Shown one piece after another: positions 25,286 through 38,059 of a stretch of 64,000 bases of DNA; within the stretch, counting starts at the first letter, position 1, and each line of letters opens with the position of its first letter. Location of the stretch: assembly GCA_038087875.1 (NCBI GenBank), contig CM075988.1:4960001-5024000 (forward strand). The letters run 5' to 3'. The translations under genes and the position numbers were made by a program. The notes beneath the pieces are model-generated. The model was not told where the DNA came from and made no database searches. It was given only the letters and a program-made list of their open reading frames with translations. The stretch comes from Malacoraja senta. Its lineage: Eukaryota.

Positions 25286-26904
25286 GGCGTCAGTGTACCG
25301 CTCTAAATCACGTCAGTAGAACACTAAAATACTTGACAATGAACAATAAAGCATTCAGAGATTGAATGTTAAAATAGTAAAAGAAATACATCAAACCAAT
25401 GATTCTTGATCCCTCACTATGAAGATCCAGGGAGGCTGGGAGATGTAATGGGTGCGGGTGTGGGTGGGAGGGGGGTTCACTACTGACCAGTATCATAACA
25501 GGATGGCCCATAGATAAGGTGGCTACAGAAAAGATAAGATGCTGGGTGTTCCACCGAGACAGAATTCGTTGATTAATTAATTAATTAAATAATTGATTGA
25601 TTCATACCTCAAACCCTCTTCACACACTAGATGTGAAGATGACACAAAGTGCTGAAGTAACTCATCGGGTCAGGCAACATCCTTGGAGAACATGAGTAGG
25701 TGATGTTTCGGCTCAGGACCCTTCCTCAACCTGGTTGTGGTTTCCTCCCACATCCCAAAGACGTGTGGGTTAGAAGGTTAATTGACCTTTGTCAATTGTT
25801 CCTTGTGTGTAGGGAGTGGATGGGAAAGTGGAATAACACTGAACTAGAGTGATCAGGTGATCAATGGTCGATGTTCGGGACATATGACAATAAAACACTG
25901 TTGACTTTTGATCCTTGTTGTGGAATTGAGGGCTGAAGGGCCTGTTTCCATGCTGTATCTGCAAACTAAAACTAACTAAGCTAAACTCAATGTTAATATG
26001 ACAGGGTCTATTTGACGGCTATCCAAACTGGCCAGAACTGGGCTTCAGACAAAGTGAGAAGCGTCAGACTGCACATCAGAACTGACAGAATTCCTGGTTC
26101 AATTTTATTTGAATTATTCATTCCAAGTGTACCATCCTTTGCAACTCTTTCCTGAGTAGTAATATTTCACCAATAACTGGTATGAATATTTGAGTCAAAG
26201 GCAGTTGGAGAAGGCAAATATATAAAGGGCCATTAATCGACGTAAGTATCAGACAACTTCCAGCTCGAAAGCACTTAAATCAAATGATCTAAAATGAATT
26301 TTTAGAGCAACAAATTGCTCATTTTGTGACATTATTTACATTGACTCGCTCAAATCATTCAATCTATTTTAGCGCAAAAATGATTTAATTATCATGTTGA
26401 TTGAATTGCTCTAATGCAATTTGTGTGCATCTGCTTCAAAAACTTTCAAAGCCAACATCAAAAATACAAGGACTAGGAGGGAATTTGTGGCGAGGGCTCT
26501 GGGTTTATGCAGGCAGAAAATAAGATTGCGATGGATTAAAGCATCAACTGGCTGCACAGGGAGCACATCTTTGAAGACAGGAACAGACTGGGGCTTCAGG
26601 TGTTGGAGGTCAGGGTAACAAATGGTTTTGCCAAGTTTGAACATCACGAGTTGATGCTTCACCTCCACACCCCGAAGAAATTCCACGGCAGGAGTGGGAA
26701 GTCAAAAAATGATTACGCTAATTTCCTCTCAGCTGTGACTAAAAACATTTTCCAGATAAATGGAAAGTTTATTCAGGGGAAAATAATCCAAAGTGGACTG
26801 AAAAGTGCAGCAATGATCACTGAGTCTTAGGAGTGAATTGAAGAATAGAAGGCACCATAGCATCTTCTCCCGGAGAGTTTACCCCCACAATGCCCTCCCT
26901 CCTT

Positions 26905-27300
26905 GGGCGGCACGATGGCGCAGCGGTAGAGTTGCTGCCTTACAGCGCCGGAGACCCGGGTTCGATCCTCACTATGGGAGCTGTCTGTACGGAGTTTGTA
27001 TGTTCTCCCCGTGACCTGCGTGGGTTTTCTCCGAAATCTCCGGTTTCCTCCCACACCCAAAAACGTACAGGTTTGTAGGTAACTGGCTTGGTATGAGTAT
27101 AAAATTGTCCCTAGTACATGTAGGATAGTGTTAATATGCAGTGATGTGTAGGGGAGAATACGTGTTCGGCACGGACTAGAAGGGTCGAGATGGCCTGTTT
27201 CCGTGCTGTAATTGTTATATGGTTATATGATCGCTGGTTGACGCGGAGTCAGTGGGCCGAAGGGCCTGTTTCCACGCTGTATCTCTAAACTAAACTAAAC
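26905..27300 (+). mobile_element. Full-length V-SINE with a short CR1 3' tail inserted (about 27146-27228)
   Basis: A/B boxes, V-domain and tail; insert ends in ttatatggttatatg. Confidence 0.88.
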
Positions 27301-27303
27301 TTA

Positions 27304-27840
27304 TCGTATTTCCCGGCAATGAAGATGCACCCCCAGTAACTACCCGCCAACCACCACTTCCACCGGTTACACCTGCGCCGAAGGACACCATGGCTGGCGG
27401 GCAGACTGGCAGAAGGCTCGGAGGTGGCGGCCGGTTCCGATGTCTGGTCCTGGCAGATGCTCGCAGCCACCTGAGCTATTGAGTGAGTTGATGGCATGAT
27501 CCCGACCCCCTCCCCGCCACTTTACCCCTGGCGGCCCAGCCAAGTTTGCTACTTTGTGCCGACCCGGGCCAGACTCCCCACACACTGTGAAAGGAACTCT
27601 CCACTCCCCCCCCCCCCCCCCCCCCCAGCGGTGCTGTCCTTTCAAATCAGCTGCCAGCAATGAGGGATAGACTTGGCTATCCCTCAGTACAGCAACATCG
27701 TTCTTGATGTTGCCGTACTGAGGGAGAGACAAGTCTATCTTTCTTGGCTAACAATCTAACCTTCGGCCTCCATGACGCAGGTTAATTTTCGGGCCTTATT
27801 TTAGGGTTAAAAATAGCGTCTTCATTGCCGGGAAATACGG
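27304..27840. mobile_element. Non-autonomous Tc1/mariner-superfamily (Tc2/pogo-like) DNA transposon
   Basis: 25-bp TIRs (t/c)cgtatttcccggcaatgaaga(t/c)gc with TA on both sides (27302-27303, 27841-27842); no transposase. Confidence 0.85.
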
Positions 27841-29596
27841 TAACTGAATAGGATACAACAATTTGTGGAATTCAGCTGCAGCGGTTACATAATATAATGA
27901 AGGCTTTCTTTGCAGGAGAGATTTACTCTTACAATGTAATCTGAGAGGCCTTTTCTGTTGCTGCTTTACAATGCCATGCAATCCCACAATGGTTTTAGCA
28001 TATGTCAAAATAGTTTACAAAGAATGGCAAGTCAGAGAAGAAGATATTTTATCAAAAGATTTGTCAGGGGCATCACAGAAGGATGTAATAACCTAGGATA
28101 GACACAAAATGCTGGAGTAACTCAGCAGGACAGGCAGCATCTCTGAAGGGAAGGAATGGGTGACATTTTGGGTCGAGATCCTTCTTCAGACTAGAGCCAG
28201 GGGAAAGGGAAACGAGAGATATAAACGGTGATGTAGTAGATATAGAACAAATTAATTAAATATTTTCAAAAAACGGACAAAGGAAATAGGCCATTGTCAG
28301 CTGCTTGCTAGCAGAGAACGAGAAGTTGGTGTGACTTGGGTGGGGAAGGGATGCCTAATTTTGGTTGTGGTGCTGTTTTTGGTGTGGTATTGTGAATTGC
28401 CTTTTCTGCCCACTACTAAATGAGTGGCAGTTTCGTCCACCTCATCCCCAGCCCAGAACCCAGGTTGGTTCTGTGCCGATCATGAAACCCAGTTAAACTA
28501 ATCTCCTCTGCCTGCATTCATATCTCTCCATCCCCTTCATATCCTATCTAAAATCCTCTTAAATGCCACTATCACATCTTTCTCCACCACCAACCTTGAC
28601 AGTGTGTTTCAGCAACCCACCACTGCTCGAGTTTCTTTTAAATGTAATTTTTGTACTCGCCTCTACCACTTCCCTGGTAGCTCGTTCCACATACATAGCA
28701 GCCACTGTGAGTAAAAGTTGTCCCTCTAATCCCTTATAAATCTTCCCCCTTTCATCCTACTACTTGGCTTCCATTTACTGGGGAAGGCTTGGGAAAAGGC
28801 TTCACTCTGAAGAAGAATCTCGACTTGAAACATCACCTACATTTGAAGAAGGGTTTCTTCATCATCCATCATTTAAAAAATATTTGTACAGTGGTGGGAC
28901 TAGTCTAACTGGGACAAGTTGGCCGGTGTGGGCATGTTGGGCCGAATGGCCTGTTTCCACACTGTATCATTTTATGACTCTATGGTGGGTGCCTCGACGT
29001 GCACAAACGGAAGATCAAATAGTACAAGTTGTCCAACAACTTTAGGCTGTGCACGCCACATGAAAGAAGAAGAAGCTGCAGCTGGTAGACATTAGTTTAA
29101 CTGGGCATCATATTGGGCACAGATATTTCGAGCCATACAGTGTTCTGTACTGCTCAGTAATGGTTTAGTGAGGTATCGGTCTGGTGCAGGCAAATGGGAC
29201 TTGGGCCGAATTGCCTATTTCCATGTTGCATAGCTCAATGACTCTCTATCCATCTGAGTGTACAGGAATTTCCCAATGTAGCTCTGGTCCTCATATACGA
29301 GTTGGAAAGATTTTCCAAAGAGGACAAGAAATCCACCAGATATCTAAATACATTCAAGCGTCATGTTAATATTACGCCAAGGATATGGATAAGGAGACAC
29401 AGGAGATTCAATGGCTTTGTGCCGAAGGTCAAGGTCAGTCTGTACATTGAGTTTGGTGCAGCAACACAACCTTTTGGCCATTCGAGGAGAAGAACATTTG
29501 AAGTTCGAGATATCAAACTCAGCACGCACCAATTGCTCAAACAGTCAAGCAGTGGAGCTAATCCCTTGTGCCCTTCTGAAAGCTGAATTACCAACA

Positions 29597-29925
29597 TAGA
29601 CAATAGACAATAGACAATAGGTGCAGGAGTAGGACATTTGGCCCTTCGAGCCAGCACCGCCATTCAATGTGATCATGGCTGATCATCCCCAATCAGTACC
29701 CCGTTCCTGCCTTCTCCCCATATCCCCCGAGTCCGCTATCTTTAAGAGCCCTATCTAGCTCTCTCTTGAAAGTATCCAGAGAACCCGCCTCCACTGCCCT
29801 CTGAGGCAGAGAATTCCACAGACTCACAACTCTCTGTGAAAAAAAGTGTTTCCTCGTCTCCGTACTAAATGGCTTACCCCTTATTTTTAAACTGTGGCCC
29901 CTGGTTCTGGACTCCCCCAACATCG
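29597..29925 (-). mobile_element. CR1 3' fragment
   Basis: MLGESRTRGHSLKIRG...KAGTGY; (ctattgt)n tail. Confidence 0.9.
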
Positions 29926-30302
29926 GTCTTCGTGGACAACATCTCTGGCACTGAGGATCTAATTACACCGAGTTAGCTGTGATGGTAACAACCTACCCTT
30001 GAAAATAGCAAGACAGCGAATAAATATATCATGTTCTATAAACTATCACTAATACGAGGTAATCAGATGTTAACTAGTGCAACCGAGATGGTTCATAGTA
30101 GAAACAAGAAACTGCAGGCACAAGGTGCTGGAGTAACTCAGCGGGTCAGGCAGCATCTCTGGCGAAAAAGGATGGGTGACGTTTCAAGTCAGGAATTGAA
30201 GAAAGGTTCACTCCCGAAATGTCACCCATTCTTATATCTTCAGAGATGCTGCTTGACCTATTGAGTTACTCCAGCACTTTGTGTCTATCAAAAGTCCATA
30301 GT

Positions 30303-31296
30303 CGGTTGTTGCTGAGGGAGGGTTCTTCTCCGTGGATTGTCACCTTGTCGTGGTGGAGAAGCTTGTGCGGACCTGCGATCCTGAGAGTGATGCCATCTGG
30401 AGCTATGCTCCTGGTAGGGCCACCCATGGTGGTAAGGTCGAAGGGGAGGACTCTGACAAAGAGCAATCCAACCAAGACCTCAACGGTGGAACAGGCGGAG
30501 GACGAAGGCTGACCTTAGTGGAGCGCTCAATGGCTGGGAAGGCGGGTGAAGGCTGCAGCAGAAAAGGGTCTCCGGTCAGCTTGGACTCCATGCCACTTGA
30601 TCCTGACCCAGATCTGTCAAGGACCGTGGGGTGGCTGTCTGTGCACCAGTCTCCCCACGTTAAACAAAGTCACGCACAGGCATCCTCCACACAGCATCTT
30701 GGAGGGTTGAAGGATAAAACCAAATGCAAACCTCCACTGCCTTGTGGCCATTACCTTATTCAAGAAAGGTGAAGACTGGAACTGGCGGAATACGCGGAGG
30801 AGACCACCATTTGGCGGTCCAACGGGTTGGAAGGTGGACCCAGCAAAGTGTCGTGGAGCGCAATTAGGGCACAATGTTCACGCAGAACACTGGTGGCCAT
30901 CCACTGCATCCTGACCTATCGCATCTTGACTATGTCTTGCCACTGGGTCCAGATAGGCCGGGACGAGAGAGTGATTTGACGATTTGTGCATCTCTCCCTC
31001 ACTTTGTTCCAAGCCAAGCGCACGTCATGACTTCAGGACCCGTACCACCCAACTGGGCGAAGCTAGATCACCACCGGAGCGCGTGCAGCTGAGAAGAAGC
31101 ACACTGCAGAAGCTCAGAGGAAACGCGCCACACGCAAGGCTCGAGCCAATTCAACTTCTACTGCAGCGCCCACCCAACTGTGTCCCATATGCGGGCGAGC
31201 CTTCCGGGTTATCGGTCTCACCAGTCACCTCCGGACCCACAAACAAAAACACTGGTCATGGTCTTATTCGACAACGAAGGACGAACAACAACACAA
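30303..31296 (+). mobile_element. Internally deleted (bipartite) non-autonomous RTE-clade element
   Basis: RTE/Expander-like 5' UTR, C-terminal CPICGRAFRVIGLTSHLRTH zinc finger (about 31181-31240), (caa)n tail, TSD catagt (30297-30302, 31297-31302). Confidence 0.75.
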
Positions 31297-31304
31297 CATA
31301 GTTT

Positions 31305-31800
31305 GGGTTGTGCAAGGTGATTCAAGAGCTTGATAGTTGACAGCAAGAACCTGATGGTCATGGTCCTCAGACACCTGCACCTTCTACAAGATGGGAGCAA
31401 CAAGATGAGAGCATGTCTTTCGTGAATCTTTGATGGTGTTAACTGTCTCCTTGAGGTAGGAATTCTTGTAGCTCCCTTCAATGGTGGGGAGATCAGTATC
31501 CATGATGGACTGGGTAAGATTCACCACTTTCTGCAGCTTCCTTCATTGATGGTCATTTATGTTCCTAAACCAGGCTGTGATGCAACCAATCAGTATATTC
31601 GCTAGGGTGTACCTGTAAATGTTCCGGAGGAAGTGGAGGAATTGATGTACTTTCTTTATGATTGGTTCAATGTGTTGTGCCCAGGACAGATCTTCAAAGA
31701 TATCCATGCCCAGGGACTTGAAGCTGTTGACTCTCTCCACCACCGTGCTATCAATGAAAACAGGTTCCTGGATCCTCAGCTTTCCCTTCCTGAAGTGAAC
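31305..31800 (-). mobile_element. Degraded Rex1/Babar-like LINE fragment
   Basis: VERVNSFKSLG..IFEDLSW..H...IIKKVHQ.L.FLR; ILIGCITAWF. Confidence 0.7.
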
Positions 31801-32964
31801 ACTCAGGTCTGAAGAAGGGTCTCGACCCGAAACGACTCCCATTCCTTCTCTCCAGAGATGCTGCCTGTCCCGCTGAGTGTCACCATCATTTTGTGTCTAC
31901 CTTTGGTGTAAACCAACATCTGCAGTTCCGTCCTACACAACTGGATCTTGCTAACATTCTCGTTCTCTCATTCTCGAGATTGTTGCCCTGGCATTATTCA
32001 ATCAGATTATCGATCTCTCATGTACGCCGAATAGCTATAAGGAGACCTAGACCTCGAGAAACTGGGGTTTTTTTGGCAAGAAAATGAGAACGTTAACTTA
32101 TCTGATCAATTTGATTGAAGTAATGAATGGTATCAATACTGTAATACTGGCCTTTACAATTCATTTCAAGGGAATAAAGGGAAGGATTAGATGACATTTT
32201 CCCTTCCTTGGAGATTCCTGGTGCTGGCGGTGAGAACAGAATGTAAAATAACTTTTAAAACAGGTGAAGAAAAATATTTGAACGCAAACTTAAAGACTTG
32301 AGGTAATAAGACTGACTGATGGATCATATTGAAATCCAATATAGGCTCCATTGATCCAAAAGAAAAATGTTACGTTGTTCAAAGAAGTGAAAAAGGCCAA
32401 AATAACAACAGCTTTAAAATATCACAGTGTATGGGTCTTGCTACGGAACAGGAAAAACATACATAATTCATTCAGAGTATAAATGCATTAATCGCCACCC
32501 ATTATGTGGTGTCGATGTTTGTTTGAATTAAAAGCAAATAATTACCTTTTGTCATTTGCTGCTGGGGGAATAATATAGCAGAGATCAAAGGTGCTTGGCA
32601 AATATTTTGTAAATATTTTATGTGATTAGAATGGCGAGTTATATTGGCTGTGAGATCGCTTGCACTCTTGCCAACTGTAGGAAGATGCCCTGAGGCATAT
32701 AGTCCTGTTCCAGCCATTTCATTCACATTTCTGTATATTAAAATAATAGCTGTTATCGTGTGCCTCGATGATTCAGAATAACAAATTTAGCGATATTATC
32801 AAACGAGACATCTGTGCCATTACCACAACATTTCACCTCTACAATTAATCTCACCTCAAAACCTGTTGGTACTTTGAGTCCCTGGTTAAGGTGGCTGTGG
32901 CTTGTAAAACTAGGTGTCGTGAAAGACGTAGGTGTTTGCAATTCAGATCAGTCTGTCAAACCTA

Positions 32965-33590
32965 AATCGTACTGAAATGCTTCAGGGGAGTGTCCCGGGG
33001 AGCCGTGTGGGCCCGATCCACCTGCCGAACAACCATGCCACTGCTGACCAGAACGAAGGCCAGAACGCACCACGGTAGGCCTGACTCGACCCGGGGACTG
33101 CGGTGAAGCCGGGCGGCAAGGCCTGTCTGAGCCGAAGGAGCCTCAGCGGTGGCGGCAATGGGAGCCTCGGCGGCGGCAGTGGGAGGCTTGGCGGCGGCAG
33201 TGTGGGCCTCAGCGACAACGTGAGCCTCGGTGATGGTGGGGCCTCGCGATCGATGTGCGTGAGGCGGATGGGAAGACAATGGGGGGACCGCACGAAGAAC
33301 AATGGGGACACCGTGAGGGATGGTGGGAGAACAAAGGGGGACGCAGTGTGGGGAAGGGGAGGCACTCTAGATTAGAAACCTCTGCCCAGGGGAGAAGTCT
33401 GTGTTTGTTTGTTTGTTTGTTCCAGTAAAGGCACTGTGCATACTGCAGCCAGACGACAGTCGCTCGTCCCTTTCTTTTTCTTTTCACTTTTAATTTCATG
33501 TTTTTGTGTACCTTGTGTGTTGTGACTGTCGGCAGACCAATTTCCCTCCGGGGATGAATAACGTTTTATCGTATGGTATCGTATCGTAAC
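32965..33590 (+). mobile_element. GC-rich repeat segment ending in a LINE-type 3' tail
   Basis: GC-rich ggcggc iterations, then ccaatttccctccggggatgaataa and (tatcg)n tail; family uncertain. Confidence 0.45.
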
Positions 33591-33763
33591 CATCTCATGG
33601 AGGTTTACTCCATATCTACCTTGTATTGTACCTTGCCTGGCAGTGCTCAATGAAACAGATTGCGGGGAGATCTGGTCAGGATCTAACATGTGGAGTTACT
33701 GGTCTGCATGTTCAGTTTAGTTTAGAGATACAGTCTGATAATTTAAACTACACCTTATTTACT

Positions 33764-34913
33764 GGGCGGAACAGTGCCTTACAGTGCAAGAGACGCTGGT
33801 TCGATCCTGACTACAGGTGGTGTCTGTACGGAGTTTTATACCTTCTCCCCCTGATCTGCGTGGGTTTTGTCGGGTGCTCCGGTTTCCTCCCACATTCCAA
33901 AGACGTACAAGCTTGTAGGTTAATTGGATTGGTAAAAATTGTAAATTGTCCCTAGTACGTGTATGGGGATCACTGGTCGGTGTGGACTTGGTGGCCCACA
34001 GGGCCTGTTTCCATGCTGTATCTCTAAACTAAACTAAATTAAACTACTGGGCATGTGGTTTTTCCCACTGTTTTATCTCACTTTCTGGTTCCTGCACCCA
34101 CAAATCACAGGAGATATTAGTTTAGTTTAGTTTAGTTTTGAGATACAGCACAGAAACAGACACTTCGACCCACCAAGTCCACATGATGAGCGATCCCAGT
34201 ACACTCGCACTATCCTCCACATTGAGGACAGTTTTTACCAAAGCCAATTAACCTACAAACCTGCATGTCAATGGAGTATGGGAAGAAGCCGGAGTAACTG
34301 GGGAAAACACACGTGGTCATGGAAGAACTTACAAACTCCGTACAGACAGCACCCGTAGTCAGGATCGGATCCAGGTCTCTGGGGCCGCAATGCAGCAACT
34401 CTGCTGCTGCACCACCATGTGGGTAGCAGATGATACATTCTAGGGGAAGGTTTCTTTTCATTTGGAGCTCACGCAGTATCTGTAGTGGGTGTGTTTGATG
34501 GGACAGGTTAGAGAAATGTTTCTTCTGCATATGCACTGGGAATGTTTGAGCAACAATCTGTATGGAAAATAACAGAAGAATATCAGAAATGGGCTCAGCA
34601 GTGGACTTGCATTTGATTTATGCATTACAGCCCCTTCAGGGCCAGAGACCCGGGTTCGACCCCGACTACGGGTGCTGTCCGTATGGAGTTTGTACCTTCT
34701 CTGCGTGACCGCATGAGTTTTCTCCGTGATCTTCTGTTTTCTCCCACACTCCAAAGACGTACAGCTTTGCAGAATGATTGGCTTGGTATGGTTGTAAATT
34801 GTCCGCAGTGTGTGCAGGATAGTGCTAATGTGCGGGGATTACTGGTCGGTGCAGACTCAATGGGCCGAAGAGCCTGTTTCCGCGCTGTATCTTTAAAACT
34901 AAAAAAACTAAAA
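33764..34913. mobile_element. Cluster of three V-SINEs (33764-34045 +, 34117-34420 -, 34625-34913 +)
   Basis: SINE consensus. Confidence 0.85.
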
Positions 34914-35696
34914 AGCTTGGTGGTTTATGGAAAAAGTCTGATCATCCAGCAACGTAAATGACAAGAACATAGGTGTTTGATAAATGGAACAAGCTGATGG
35001 AGGTCATAAGGTCGTAAGGGATAGGAGTAGAATGAGGCCATTTGGTCCATCAATTCTACTCCGCAATTCGATCATGGCGGATCTATCTCTCCCTCCTAAC
35101 CCCAATCTCCTGCCTTCTCCCATAACCCTTGACACCTGTACTAATCAAGAGGATGTCCTTGAGGCAGGTACTATGAGCATTAGTCTGAAGAAGGGTCTGG
35201 ACCCGAAACGTCACCTATTCCTTCACTCCATAGATGCTGCCTCACCCGCTGAGTTTCTCCAGCATTTTTATCTACCTATGAGAAGAGAAGAACCTTTTTT
35301 GTTGGGCAGCATATGCATCAGCTTATCTTTCATTCATTTGTTCTGCTGTATATCTCTCTACATCACCGTCTATATCTCTCGTTTTCCTTTCCCCTGACTC
35401 TCGGTCTGAAGAAGGGTTTCGGCCCGAAAAATCACCTATACCTTTTCTCCAGAGATGTTGTCTGACCCGCTGAGCTACTCCAGTTTTTTGTGCCTATCCT
35501 CACTTTGATGGTCTGGATTTATGCATTACCACAGATACTGTTCACACTGTTAGCTTCATATGTACAAGGAATTTCAATGCACCCTGGTTCCATGACCATA
35601 AACTAATCTGACACCTCCAGACTTTTATCTTCAATCCTTTTTGTTTGCCTTCTGATTACGAAGAGCCTGATGTCATCCCTGGATAGACCATAGTGG

Positions 35697-36006
35697 TAGC
35701 CATGGTGGTGCAGCGGTAGAGCTGCTGCCTTACAGCGCTTGCAGCGCCAGAGACCCGGGTTCGATCCCGACTACAGGTGCTGCCTGTACGGAGTTTGTAC
35801 GTCCTTCCCGTGGCCGTGTGGATCTTATCCAAGATCTTCAGTTTCCTCCAACACTCCAAAGACGTATAGGTTAATTGGCTTGGGATAAAATGTCAATTGT
35901 CCCTAGTGTGCGTGGGATAGTGTTAATGTGCGGGGATCGCTGGTTGGAGCGGACACAGTGGGCCGAAGGGCCTGTTCCCGCGCTGTATCTCTAAACTAAA
36001 TTAAAC
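35697..36006 (+). mobile_element. Full-length V-SINE
   Basis: A/B boxes, V-domain, tail. Confidence 0.88.
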
Positions 36007-36676
36007 CCCTCCTCACTTTCCCATCCTCCACAAAAACCTTCCTTGCGGTCGAGAAAATATGAGCCCTATTCTCTACCATGCTCTGCAATGGAGTCTTCAC
36101 GAAGATGCATTCACAGCTACATGCCCATCGTTGTGGAAACATCATTGTGTTTTACCGATGGGAGACACCGATGTGAATGCTTTGTAAAATTCAATCTAGA
36201 TTCAACTGATGCTGACCCCACGAAGACTGATGCTGCTGACGAGCTCATAATCAACAGACCAGTGCATTTTTCACTGGCGGGATGGAATAATCATGTAAAT
36301 GATCAGGCTGAATAAGTTTTTACGTTAATTTGACATTGCAGTCACTGCACCCTTTTTTAACGCGACTATCCTATTTGCAGCACCAAACCCGTTTCAGAAA
36401 TGATGAAGAGACAGCAGAGGAGCCATTACATCGGTGATCACCATCAATCCCCGACAAATGAGAAGGAGGTAGTGGGAAGAAGGTTTGCAGAAAACATGCA
36501 TAATTTACTAGAATACTAATAATGCTGCACTCCAGTTAACCCAATATAAATAGAAAAATAGTCAGGCATGAGGAAGAAAGTGATAGGAATCCATGAACAA
36601 CTGCAGGAAAGATGTCATGGCCTTGGAAGCAGTCAATGAAGATGACATGGACAAGTAACATTGATGGGTTCAATTA

Positions 36677-37039
36677 AGGGCCTGTCCCACTTACGCGACC
36701 TTTACAGGTGACTGCCGGCACCCGGCATAGGTCGCCGAAATTTTCAACATGTTGAACATTCAGTGGCGACCAGAAAGACGCTACGACTCTTTGGAGACCT
36801 CTCACAACCACAGGAGACCTCTCATGACCATACAGGCGACCCCTGGCGACATGTCGTGGGTGACCTCTCACGACCATAGGAGACCTCTCACGACCATACA
36901 GCCTATGGTCGTGAGAGGTCTCCAAAGAGTCGTAGCGTCTTTCTGGTAGCCGCCGAATTTTCAACATGTTGAAAATTTCAGCGACCTATGACGTGTGCCG
37001 GCAGTCGCCTGTAAAGGTCGCGTAAGTGGGACAAGCCCT
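36677..37039. mobile_element. Palindromic MITE, PIF/Harbinger-like
   Basis: AGGGCCTGTCCCACTTACGCGACCTTTACAGG...CCTGTAAAGGTCGCGTAAGTGGGACAAGCCCT, inverted arms of about 130 bp, TTA TSD (36674-36676, 37040-37042). Confidence 0.88.
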
Positions 37040-37210
37040 TTACTTGCAGTTTCTCGAGACCCTGGTGTTGGTCTCCACAGAGCAAATGCTTTGGAGACAT
37101 TTAATAATACAGCGGAAAATCTGGAAATACTTTGATAAATAAGCAATTAAACAATATATATATATTTTTTGATTTTAGTCTTGTGTTATTATGTTATCTA
37201 CTGAATGAGT

Positions 37211-37675
37211 CTTTACGAGGATGTTGCCAGGACTTGAGGGCCTGAGCTATAGGGAGAGGTTGAGCAGGCTACGACTCTATTCCCTGTAGTGCAGGAGGAT
37301 GAGGAGTGATCTTACAGAGGTGTATAAAATCATGAGAGGACTTGATCGGGTAGATGCACAGAGATGGGGATTCCCAGAGTAGGGGATTCAAGAACCAGAG
37401 GACATAGGCTTAAGGTGAACGGAGACAAGATTTAATAGGAATCTGAGGGGCAATTTTATCACACAAAGGGTGGCGGGTGTCTGGAACGAGCTGCCAGAAG
37501 AGGTAGTTGAGGCAGGGACTATCACCATGTTTAAGAAACAATTAGACAGGTACATGGATAGAACAGTTTTAGAGAGATATGGGAAAATTGCAGGCAGGTG
37601 GGACTAGGGCAGATGGGACATGGGGCAAGTTGGGCCGAGTGCCTGTTTCCACACTGTATCACTCCATGACTATGA
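37211..37675 (+). mobile_element. CR1 3' fragment
   Basis: Same subfamily as 23845-24322. Confidence 0.85.
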
Positions 37676-38059
37676 ATACTCTGTTTACAGACCTGCTGCA
37701 AGTATGAATGCCATTGTTCCTCTTTGGTACACATGGCATCAAACTATCTTGGCTCTTGACTCTTCACTCTTCATTCCAATGGCACAATGACAACTAACCA
37801 GGAACCAGTAATCAAGCCTCATTAGCAAAATTTAAAGGTGGGAGAGAAAGTGTTGAAAGGGGATGTGCAGAGAAGGTATTTTTTAAGTGGTGAATGGCGG
37901 GTGCCTGGATTATGCTGTCAGGGGAAGTGGAGGAAACAGATATGATAGAGGCATTTGAATAAGCACTCGAGTATGCAGGGGATGGAGTGACATGAATCAA
38001 GTACAAGCAGAAGAGATTATTTTAATTTGCCACCTTGTTTGCCACAGACTTCTATTCTA

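Noticed and set aside
32962..33375. Overlapping Gly/Ala/Pro-rich ORFs
   Set aside because: Result of a GC-rich repeat lacking stop codons; no domain evidence.
36790..36925. Short direct repeats gagacctctcacgacca resembling a CRISPR array
   Set aside because: No unique equal-length spacers, no cas genes, eukaryotic context; internal to a MITE.
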